DNA of 64,000 nucleotides from Octopus bimaculoides (taxonomy: Eukaryota): the NCBI RefSeq assembly GCF_001194135.2, contig NC_068984.1:57104642-57168641 (forward strand), in the 5' to 3' direction. Positions within the stretch are counted from its first letter, which is position 1. Each line of letters begins with the position of its first letter. Positions 53,190 to 64,000 of the stretch are shown here, piece by piece. The notes beneath the pieces were generated by a model. That model was not told the origin of the DNA. It ran no database searches and was given only the letters and a program-made list of their open reading frames with translations. Both the position numbers and the translations under genes were made by a program.

Positions 53190-53454
53190 ATACGACGGGC
53201 TTCTTTCAGTTTCCGTCTACCAAATCCACTCACAAGGCTTTGGTCGGCCCGAGGCTATAGTAGAAGACACTTGCCCAAGATGCCAGGCAGTGGGAATGAA
53301 CCCAGAACCATGTGGTTGGTAAGCAAGCTACTTACCACACAGCCACTCCTGCGCCTATCCATACAGCCACTCCTGGGCCTATCCACACAGCCACTCCTGC
53401 GCCTATCCACACAGCCACTCCTGCGCCTATCCACACAGCCACTCCTGCGCCTAT
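53190..53454 (-). mobile_element. tRNA-headed SINE 5' part with a five-fold duplicated head
   Basis: Minus strand reads ataggcgcaggagtggctgtgtggtaagtagcttgc..ggttctgggttcattcccactg..gaaactgaaagaagcccgtcg. Confidence 0.85.
53335..53454. repeat. 24-bp tandem repeat x5 (CCACACAGCCACTCCTGCGCCTAT)
   Basis: Units start at 53335, 53359, 53383, 53407 and 53431; two substitutions in total. Confidence 0.95.
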
Positions 53455-54598
53455 ATATTTCTTTATTCACTTGTTTATTACTGTCCTTATTTTATTATTT
53501 TAACTCATGTCCATTGTCTGGAAATCTTTCATCACACATCTGTGACCTCTTCAGCAACACTTTTCATTTTTGTGTGTATTCTTGCTTCACTTACTCCATT
53601 CTGTTCTTCTAAGATGTGTATCCTTATGTGCACGTGCATTTGTGTCCTTGTTTGTTTGTGTGTGTGTGTGTCATAGTTTTTGGCAGCAGTGTGGCCTTCC
53701 CCTCAGCCCCATCCTCTCACCCCATTGTGCTGCTGCTGTCCTAAGACCTGAAAAAAAATATGGTACAGTTCCTGTATTCCGCAGTGTATGTATGTTTGCC
53801 TACAGTGTTGCCATTGTGGTAGCAGTTGTTGTTATTGCCATCATTGGTACTGCCACTGCTGCTGACCATGTTAGTTGTGTTGTTGACATTGTTATGGCAC
53901 TCGATGAAGTTTCATATTGCTTGCTGTATAAGTGGATTCTTTTACAATAATTATTTTGATTTAGTTTTCCTTCATTAAGTCTACTACTAATTATGTTTTA
54001 TATTATTATTTTTTTATTATTTCAAAGTAATGAAAACCGAATTTAATGTTATAGAATTTAGTTTATTGCTCAACCATTGTGCTATCCTTCTGATTATCTT
54101 GCAATTCATTAGATAGACTGATATTAATAAATAAGCAATGTGTAGATTGCTTGACTTAAGAATTTAATTAATGATATCAAAATACTTTATCAAACAACAA
54201 CTACAAGTGATAAACTTTCAGGAATAATTTGTTCACTAAAATCATCATTTGTTTTATCAAATCTTGATAGAATTAGATACCATACTAGATATTTCTTCCA
54301 CAGTATATTGCAAAGAGAAATACTAGTCAGTCTGGGCTCTGAAATGAATGATGCTGGATCGAGAAAGAGTTGTTTTAAATTTTTTATATCACCGTTATTT
54401 TGGAAAGTTTCTTCTCAGATTAGCGAGGACAAAAATAATCCCTGACAAATGGAGTTTAAAGAATTTATTTTTAAAAGTCAGCTATACAGGATGTAATACA
54501 AAGAATATGTCATATATCAACACAATGTCAAGAATGGGCTATTGATTGTCATTCTCTCTCCCCCTCCCTCTCATATGTTTATAAGTTTGTATGTGTGT

Positions 54599-54653
<55 letters not shown>

Positions 54654-54755
54654 TACATATATGTGTGTTTTCTATTGTAGTAAATGTGTATATGATCCAA
54701 TGACATATCTATTCATTCTTAATACTCTGGCAGATTTTAACTTAAATATCTAAAT

Positions 54756-57700
54756 CAGGGGTGGGGAAACCCCCAGCCACAGGTGCAATTGTACCCACGA
54801 GCCCATTTTATTGCACCTGCATAGTGATATGCTCATGTGTACAAACTAAAGTAAATTTTTCAATTATGAAATTTATACAATACTTGTATGCCGATTTGCG
54901 ACATAGGTCAGGTTTCCACTATGACCTACAACAGTCAGAGTTGAACAGAACTCATCCTGTAATTGTCATTTGAATGGAAATTTTGTTTTCACTATAAAAT
55001 TCAGATTGCTAAGTTTGTACCACCCCCTTGAATCCCAACTACACTTTAGCTGAGAAAACTAAAAAATATATTGCATGTATGGAAATAATTTTTATATGAA
55101 ATGAAAGTTGAAGTATTGTAGAAGATACTGTGTAAAAATTATTCATATCTAAGGACACCAAGTTTTTTAATTTTCTTCCCTATTTCATTTTTCACATTTT
55201 TACAAAAAAAGTTTCAGAAATTAGCACACACCCTCTTTCTGTCACTTGATAAGCAAAAAATATTTAATAATCTATTACCAATAAAAAGCAAATTGGTAAA
55301 ACTTCATCAAAACAGAAACTATTAATTTGGTGCTTTGTGAACAGGATTATAAAAAAATATTACTAACTTTTTTTCTGAAAAAGCAGTGAAAAATAACTTT
55401 TTTGAAAGGGGTGTCGCATTTTTGCTATCAGCCGGTGTCAAAAAGGTCAATAGGAGTTACTTTCATCTACCACTGGCTTCTCAGTTATCGCCCTTCCATA
55501 CCCACTCAACACCTGTGTAGAGAAGGCAGAGAGAAAAATCAAGTTCAACCTTGCAGAACCAAACATTTTCATTTTTTGCAGATTTTTATTTTTACAATTT
55601 TTACAACACTGAATGCTTGTATTATGACTACGAGCCAGTTGGCTTTTGTTTTTCCCAAGCAGCAGTAATAGCAAAAATTCCAAAAGTGATAATATAAATT
55701 TAACCAGTTTATAACTTTGTTAAATCAATTTTTCAATACCCTTATCAATATGGCAAACAGTTATAAAAATCCTAAAAGAAAAAGAAGTGCTGGTGAATGT
55801 ACTTTGATAAAAAATTGACTGAGCTTTATTTTTTTATTGAAATAGGTAACAAGTGCATTTATCTTATTTGCAACAAACAAGTAACCATTCATAAAAAATA
55901 TATTACTGAGAGGCATTTTGTGAGTAAGAATAAGACCTATGAAAATTTGAAAGAATCTGAATGTTTAGACAAGATAACCTCCTTGAAAGAAAATCTGACC
56001 AAAAGACTAACTTTTTTTCTCGAGCTCGTTATGTGGTATACAAAAATATTGCTAAAAGCCTCAAACCACATAGCGATGGGGAAATTCATGAAAGAATGTA
56101 TTTTTACCACCGTTGATAATATATATACAGAAAAACTTAGTTTGTTTGGAAATATTAACTTATCTAGAACTGTTTCTAATTTTTTTTTTAATATTGCTGA
56201 TGACACTCAAAATTCTCTAAAATCTGATTCAGCAGGATTCACATTGTATTCATTAGCTATTGATGAGACAACTGATCTGTTTAATAATGCTCAGATGTCA
56301 ATATTTATATGTGGAATAACTGCAAAATTCAACATTCAGGAAGAATTTCTTGAAATCAATGCATGGAACAACTAGAGGTGAAGATTTATTTCAATTGGTC
56401 AACTCAGCCTTGAAAGATTTTGATTTATCATATGAAAAAATGAGTGATCTTGCTACAGATGGCACTCCATCTATGGTAGGTCATGAAAAAAGGTTCGTAG
56501 CTCTGATTTAGAATGAATTTAAGAAGTATCTTTTGGATTTGGAAACTTTGTGTGTCACTGCTTTATTCATATGGAAAGTTTATATGCAAAATCTCTCAAG
56601 ATGGACAATGTAATGAAAGTTGTAACTAAGGCTGTTAATCTGATAAAAAGCAAAAGGAATTTAAAGAGTTTTTAAAAGATTTTGAAGCCGAATATGGGGA
56701 TTGTACCATTGTGAAGTAAGGCCCAAATGCTTAAGCAATTTTATTTTATGAACTGAAGGAAGAAGTGAAATTTTTTTATGGATATTAAAGGTGTTCCTAT
56801 TATAGAACTGGAAGATAAATAGTTTCAAAGTCATTTAAATAATTTGAACTTGAAACTACAAGGTTCCAATCAGCTAATAACCAGTTTACTTTCTCATGTC
56901 ACAAGCTTTGAATCAATGCTTCATTTATTTGTCACACAATTGAAAAGAAAGTGCTTCACACATTTTCTGAAATTGAGCCAACAAAATCCTGAATCAACAA
57001 AGGAATATTCTAATGACTGTGAAAAGTCTTTTGAAGAAATTTGAAAGTAGATTTGAAAAAATACAAGATAAAATCGAACTATGTGTTTTCAAAACACCTT
57101 TTGATATGTCCTGAGGAGGCTCTGGATTCCTTACAGCTAGAATCAATTGATTTGCAGTCAGATAACTTAATAGAATTGAAATAAAATAATCTGTCTTTAT
57201 TGGACTTCTATAAATCCATCAATCCTGAGAGATTACCTGCTTTACATAAAAATGCCTTGACATTCGCATCTCAATTTTCAACAGCTTATCAATCTGATCA
57301 GTTTTTTTCAAAATTCAATTATGCAAAAAAACCATCTTTGTACCAGACTTACTAACGAAAACCTGAATAATGAACTAAGAATAGCAGTTTCTTCAATGGC
57401 ATGTGATATTCCTAAACTTACAAAAAAAGCAAAAAACAAAAATGCAATTTCATCGTTCTCATTAAACAAAACCAGATTTTAAAGTTAAGGTTAATTAGCA
57501 TTGATAAAACTATCACTAGAGTAAATTTGTTTAAATATGTCATTTACATATAATGTTATTTAGGTATTAGTGTAATTTTTCAAAAATAAATTTGGTCTAT
57601 GCTTGATTGTTATGATTTCTCCAACATTAGGATAGGTACATTTTGAAAAATATAGAATACCTCATAAGTAATATAAACATTCTAAATTCAGTGGCAGTAT

Positions 57701-57876
57701 TAATGAAGATGCCATGTGTTAATTTAATGTGTTAAGCTTATCTTTATTAATGTATATCGAATTATACATAGATATATACAAGATTTACTCAGATACAAGA
57801 GTCAGAACTTGTGATCTGCAGACCTTTTTCTTTGGAACTATTTTGCTCACCAGATTAAAAAGTTTCCCCACCCCTG
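54756..57876 (+). mobile_element. Full-length decayed hAT DNA transposon (Charlie/Buster/SPIN, GTF2IRD2-like transposase)
   Basis: Perfect 15-bp TIR CAGGGGTGGGGAAAC / GTTTCCCCACCCCTG; identical 8-bp TSD ATCTAAAT at 54748-54755 and 57877-57884; internal transposase remnants. Confidence 0.95.
55750..57465 (+). pseudogene. Frameshifted hAT transposase
   Basis: Segments YFFIEIGNKCIYLIC..RH (BED-like), SLAIDETTD (first D), TDGTPSMVG (second D), HCFIH (CxxH), NLKLQG and a C-terminal RLTNENL..LRIA dimerisation-like region; many stops and frameshifts. Confidence 0.88.
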
Positions 57877-58399
57877 ATCTAAATGCTGTTGTTTTTCACT
57901 ATCAGACAACACCTCCTTCATTTAGGCTATGTAATTAACTAGTTCTCCGGTGCAAGAGTGCTTTGAGACACCACAGTGTTTCAACCTCAATGTATATCTC
58001 CTCAGTTGAAGCTACTCTGTTGGGGATGGGCCTATGAAACTCACAAACTATTGTTTATAAGAATCAGCAAACTATTTGCTATTGATACAGTGAAAATACA
58101 AGCAATAAAATATCTATTCATTCTCAATACAATCTGACAGATTAAAATATGAAAATCTGATTACTTTTGTTTTACACGGCTAAAGAATGTCTCCTTTTTT
58201 TAGATGTGTGGTCATGACATACATGATTCACTAGTTTACCAGTGTAAAGAGACTTCAAGATACTGTGGTGTTTCAATCTTGTGTATTTTTCAGTCAAAGC
58301 TACTCTTATGGCCATACATTTTCTGGTGGCATAAAACAACAGTGATCAGATATTCAAGTTTGAATCTACCAGAACATATCATGAACAAACAGATTATTG

Positions 58400-58800
58400 T
58401 TTGGATTCTCACTGTTTTGTGTGCACTCTATTTCATCCAGCTTTATGTTCTGAGTTCAAAATTCTGCAACGGTTGACTTTGCCTTTCATCCTTTCTGGGT
58501 CAATGAAATATATATATATCAGTTGATCAATGGGGTCGAGGTAACTGACTTGCCTCCTCCCCCAGAATCTTAGGCCTTTTGTCTATATTACAAAGGATTA
58601 TTATTCTGCTGCTGCTGTTGTAGTTTCAAGCATCTATGCAAGGCCACAAATTTTAGTGAGAAGTGGCTAGTCTATTCAATTGACTCCAGTACTTGACTGA
58701 TATTTACTTTTATCAGCCCTGGAATGAGAAAAGTTAAGTTGAACATGGCAGAACTTGAATTCAGAACAGGAAGATCAGGGGAAAAATATCGCTGGGCATT
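58400..58800. mobile_element. Tail-to-tail pair of SINE family A copies
   Basis: Plus copy ends aaaggattattatt at about 58605; minus copy starts at about 58625 (gcaaggccacaaatttt..gaacttgaattcagaac). Confidence 0.75.
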
Positions 58801-61800
58801 TTGTATGATGTTCAAATGACTTTGCTTGTAAAAGTGAATATAATGTATAGTGTTTTTAATGGTTATGATAACTCTACCATAATAAAATTGTTTGCATCCA
58901 GACATATGCTTTCTCTCAGACAGAATCACTTGTGAACTCAAGAATGTCAACAACTATTTCAATTCTAATGCATACTAAGTACTAGAACTTATAGATCTTT
59001 AGGCTGTAACAGCAAAAATGATTGAAGAAAGATACTAGCTGTAGTCCCAGTATGTGAGGTATTACAAAAGAATCTTCTGTAACTTATAATGGTTTATATT
59101 ATCTTCAAAGAAATGATACCCTCCCCTGCATGTTGATTACCTTGTCACTTTTTGACAGAAGAAGCACTTAGTGACAACTTATGATATAAATGAAAAGTAT
59201 ATAATAATATATAATAATACATATATATTAAATTAGCAAGAGATTTTCAAATGTCATTCTAGACAAAGTTTTCCTAAAAAGAAATAATTACCATATTTTA
59301 CAACATGTTATTCGTATTTTTCTCTCTTGAAAATATCTTGGATAAAGTATGTCAGACATCCAAAACAAAAAAAAAAAGTGAACACATCCTGTTAGATAAA
59401 ATTAGCTTGTTTGTTTGTTTGTTTTTCTACTTTGAGGTTACATTGTAGCATTTTTACATTGGATTTAAGGAGGATTTGTTAATGATACCAGTTGTAATGG
59501 TAAAGTAAATTCATAGATTTTTCTTTCTTTTTATACAACATAAAATATTTGTGAACTTATAATGTGAAAAACTTTAATATTTTCAACTCTCATAAAAGCA
59601 TGATGATAAAGAAAATTATTGTAACAAGCAGAATGATATTATGTTTATACTATTCTTCCTTTAAACAAAATTTTTTAAAATTGGTCTTGTTCTCGCATAA
59701 TGAAAAGAAATATCCACTTCTTTTATATGATATTTTCTTTATTTTACAACTTTTTAGAACAATCAATATTTTTTCATATTTAGATAGTCGGTTTGTATTC
59801 CAAGGGTCCCTCAAGAGGAAAGTTTGCAAAATGCAAACATTTTACTCTGGTTATGAAATTTAAAATCCTAATTTAATAATTTCCTATCTGGAATGATAAT
59901 TTCCTATCATTCTATCTACACTTGTATCTCAGTTCATGTGAATGTTCATCGCAATACTCATATAACAGATCTAAATATACTTCTGCTCACTAATTTTTTT
60001 TAAATGTCCATTCTGTATTGATAAATTTTTAATGGTTGTCATGTTAACATAACATGAAAATTTAGTTCTCTCTGAGAATTAAGACTCAATTTTGGTATGG
60101 TTATAAACCGATTTTTCTTGATTGGAGATTAAATAAACTCTAACAGTAGCTTTATGTTTGAAATCTTGCCTAGGCAGTCTAATATTCATGTTATGTTGCT
60201 AAAAATTCAATGTATACTGCCCAAGCCCATTCAAGTTTCATTCTACATGACTATAATGTTTCCTGTATTAAATATATTATCACTATTGTTTTTCTCAAGC
60301 AGGTGGCATCTCTGAATTATTTATTTTCTAAACAATACTGTTTTCACTCACCAACCAATATGTGTTATTGTACATTTAATTAAGGATTCTTTCATTACTA
60401 ACTTGGAAAGCACCTAAAGATTGAAAATAATATCAGACATTGACTAAAATTTTGTTTCTTTTCTTCAGTGCATCTAGTTAACAATTTTTATATCTTTCAT
60501 TAAATATGTTAACCCTAACTCAATTACACAAATATATTTCATATACCAACATTTTAAAAATCCGACTGCTGTGATAGATACATATGCAGATAGATTTAAA
60601 ATGGAAGTAACCTGAAGCTGTAACTTGTTATAACAAATTATATCTTTGCAGAATAATTTTACTCTTAAGTTAAAATATTTTCTTTCTGAAAAAGAAATTA
60701 CAGCATGATTCCTGTTTCTGTTAAATTTCTCCATAAAGTGCTCTCCCCTCCAGTTTTTCTTTTTTCTTTTAATCTTGCCTTAGAGCATAAGAATAGAATT
60801 TATAACTGACAACTGTTTATTATCCTTCACATATCCTACATTGTCTGTCTGCTGCTGTTAGTTTTAATAGGTTGTTTTCTCTTCATTTTCACTGTTCATT
60901 GAGTGACTCTTTCTATAATTAGATCATATGCGCTACAGGTATTAGTTTCTCCCATAGTTTTGGTTGAATTGATGGGTCAGTGAACATAGACAGTTATTTG
61001 AATATTGAGAGCTAGCATTTAAAAAAATATATATATAGTTAAGTACCCCTCCAAATGCAACAACTCTATGATAAAGTGAAATTAGTTATCAATTTTATTG
61101 CGGCATGTGACTTGATCAAGATCACCGTGCTTAAAACTGTGGTTAGTGGACCTTCATCATGCACTCTTTTCATAGCCACCTACTAAATCTCAAGTAGGAA
61201 CTTCTATACAACTTTTAGAAATAGCAACTAATCTCCCTCAAAATAACACTCTATTATTTTCAAAATATTCTAGATACTTTGTCTGGGTGGTTCATGGCTT
61301 GAATATTTTCATCATAGATCTATCAGCTCAGTCAGGGCTGACCTGTTGCTAAACAGTGACAAATTTAGTTCTGTAACACCTCATCTACTGGGACAAGATT
61401 CTAGCAATTTGATTTCAGCCCTTAACCTCAGATCTACTTATTTGGTCATATATTCAGCACCTTAAGAATTTCTACTTAGCAACAAGTTTAGTTGTCAATG
61501 TAATGGTGGTCAGTACTCACTGTCATTTGATATCAAAATTTAACCTCTGAGCAAAAATCTTTTGTGTTGTAAGCCTAACATGTTACCTGGTTAAATACCA
61601 TACCACCATCTATCTGGTCCTTGGGTGTCTTTAAATGTGTTTACTCTGCTGCAAGCATTTGGACCAATACCCTTATGTTTTCCTTGTAGATGCATAAGCA
61701 GAGAATCAACCATATTAATTTTTCCAGTGTAACATAGCAAAGGTCAAAGGGTGTATCTCTCCTCCTCTGACTAATTTATTTAAATATATTTTGTTAAAAA

Positions 61801-62844
61801 AAAATTATGAATAAAAACAAAAACAGTGTGAGATTATTTTTGTTAAATTTTTTTTTTATTTTCAGTTTTTCTACAATGTATTATAGTGTATTATCTAACT
61901 TGAATATTGTTCTATACAGATTATGTGAATTTCAGTAAAGACAGATTGCTTCCTGGCACACTGTTTTTTTCACCAGTCTAGTTATTTGTATTTTCTTCCT
62001 CTGTGTGTGTACATGTATATATGAATGATTGTGTTTATATATATAAACACACACACAAAATGTATATGTACATCGCTGACACATTCATATGAATGTGCTC
62101 TTTTTTCCTTTTCAACTTTTTACTCTAGTGGCCATGACTAACATGATTGATTGATCATTCTCAAATAGCCTAAGTTGAGGTGAAAAGACAGAGTTTATAA
62201 ACCAGAAAGGTCTTATGCAGCTGTTCAAATGAGCAATAAAGGTTTTTGTGTGTTGAAATGTTGATTTTCTGGATTTATCTACTTACTTCACTCCCACTAG
62301 AAAAGTGTTGACTCTTCTTTGAAGCAGAACAAGCATATAAAATCAGGGACTAATCTGAAAATATTTTACAACTTTCACATGTTCAAATAGACATATCTTA
62401 GAACATTGTTTGTTGACTACAAAACCTCTAACAAAGCTACTATTTTCATATCAGAAAAACTTGACAATAACAACAATGACAAAAACCATCTCCTTGTTTA
62501 TTACTGTTGTTTTATTCTTAATGCCTTACAAATTGAACATTGCTCTCTCACTCACAAATATAAATGATTTGTATTACTGTTAGTGTATAGCCCCAGGACA
62601 GTCCTGATTCAGTAGACCTATGGTCAAAGATGTTCTAGCGTTGGTTCATCTGTCAGATTAATTCAATTTATTGGGGTTTTTTAAAGATGGTAGGGTTTTA
62701 TTTGTGGAAGATTTTATTGCTATTTCTTGAAGGTTGAACAGCCATACAGTGGTTCTTTGAGTGGCTCATCCATTTGTATTATTTCATATGTGGAAACTAT
62801 CTCTAACAGAGTCTCCTGTTTTTTGATAATACTCTATACATAGT

Positions 62845-62881
<37 letters not shown>

Positions 62882-62887
62882 GTTTAC

Positions 62888-62942
62888 AGGGCTGGATTAA
62901 GACCCATTGAGGCCCTAAGCACTTAAAATATTTCGGTGCCCA
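62888..62942 (+). mobile_element. Possible 5' terminus fragment of a hAT-type MITE
   Basis: CAGGGCTGGATTAAGACCC..GAGGCCCTAAGCAC next to (TA)n; no matching right end found. Confidence 0.35.
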
Positions 62943-63279
62943 TAAAAGATTATGTAATTCAGAATATAAACAATAACAAACCATAAAATTAATTTGGGGA
63001 ATCTGTACACCCCCATGATTGGCTAAGTGAACTATACTAGTTAGTATAAATGAGCATACACAGAACAATCTGGAAAGAGTTCCATGTGCTTTTTTGGTGT
63101 TGGTAGTGGTTTCTTTAATGTGAGTTCAAATTGTTGCACATTGTTATTATATATTTGTTGAAGGTCTCCCCGTGTGGGTGTACCATGATTTGTTAAATTG
63201 TTAATATTGTCGAATTTTCTGTCGCTATTTTTGCATGTTATATGAATTTGTTTATTCTCCATTTATGGGAGAAGTGGAG

Positions 63280-63801
63280 AAAGGAGGAGAGATGGAGCGT
63301 GGACAAAGTTACGCATCTTCAACAACCCAAGGTATAAATGCCAATACCCTCGAAATACGAGAAATAAAAATTGAGCCAAGGAAATGGAAGGAAGGAAGCA
63401 GATTTCTGGAAAAGGAAGGAGCCAGTCTAAAGCAGAATCCTCCAGAAGAATTGAGAAATAATGTGGCAAAGTGGATGGTAGTATACAGGACATTGTCCAC
63501 GTCCTCGAACAAGATAGAGGTCGCCCCAATAGAGGCAATAGAGAAGTGCCTTGAAAATTTAAAAGATTGGACCACTTTTCAGACACATAGAAGTAAGGTT
63601 GTGGCAATGAAGACGATGCCATAAGCCACTTCACTGTGCTGATAAGGACACCAGAATGGGTACTTCTGCCGACATACTGTGACAAATGCATTGCCAGAGT
63701 GAGAATTGGCAGAGTGCCCCCTGAAATTAAGGAAACATGGCTGGTGGCAGCCATAATGCACAATATGGAGGATGTGGTGAAAATCCTCAAGATAACGAGG
63801 A

Positions 63802-63803
<2 letters not shown>
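63280..63803 (+). pseudogene. Possible retroelement ORF1/gag-like remnant ending at a (CA)n tract
   Basis: Coding-like purine-rich frames 63235-63624 and 63636-63800 (..CDKCIARVRIGRVPPEIKETWLVAAI..) broken by a stop or frameshift; no splice context. Confidence 0.35.
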
Positions 63804-63857
<54 letters not shown>

Positions 63858-64000
63858 TACGTGGCCAATATTTTCAACCAAGACCTTACTACAATATCCA
63901 ATTCTTCAAATGCTTCAATTCTATGTAAATACATATGTCTACTTGATTGCTGACATTTATCAATGGTTTTTCTCATCATTTTGATAATACCATTTTCTAT

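Noticed and set aside
53335-53454. CRISPR-like array
   Set aside because: The 24-bp units are contiguous with no spacers, are derived from a SINE head and sit in eukaryotic DNA.
58204-58476. 90-aa ORF after an acceptor-like ccttttttag
   Set aside because: It runs into a SINE, has no good donor and no recognisable motif; not supportable as an exon.
60922-60937. Possible 16-nt microexon (tag|atcatatgcgctacag|gtatta)
   Set aside because: Such motifs arise by chance in 64 kb, and there are no flanking exons to test the frame.

Overview
AT-rich, microsatellite-dense eukaryotic genomic DNA with three N gaps. The repeat families look like those of an octopus genome (inference from recalled SINE sequences, not from a search). 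No intact long ORF is present; nearly all ORF-track entries are microsatellite, SINE or gap artefacts. Recognisable content: (i) two 5'-truncated R4/Dong-like RLE non-LTR retrotransposon remnants (9545-11337 and 23262-23737, minus strand), both inserted in (ATT)n tails of tandem tRNA-SINE arrays; (ii) a full-length decayed 3.1-kb hAT transposon with perfect 15-bp TIRs and an 8-bp TSD (54756-57876); (iii) hAT and Tigger-like MITEs, and a MITE with a central (CCCTAA)n(TTAGGG)n palindrome; (iv) many SINEs from at least four families; (v) one candidate first coding exon encoding a hydrophobic N-terminus (7361-7447), so most of the window may be intron. The most interesting signal is three decayed type I hammerhead-ribozyme-like motifs (25306-25352, 40764-40823, about 41375-41411). 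Two of them sit exactly where long inverted duplications end, which suggests fold-back remnants of Penelope-like or retrozyme-like elements.
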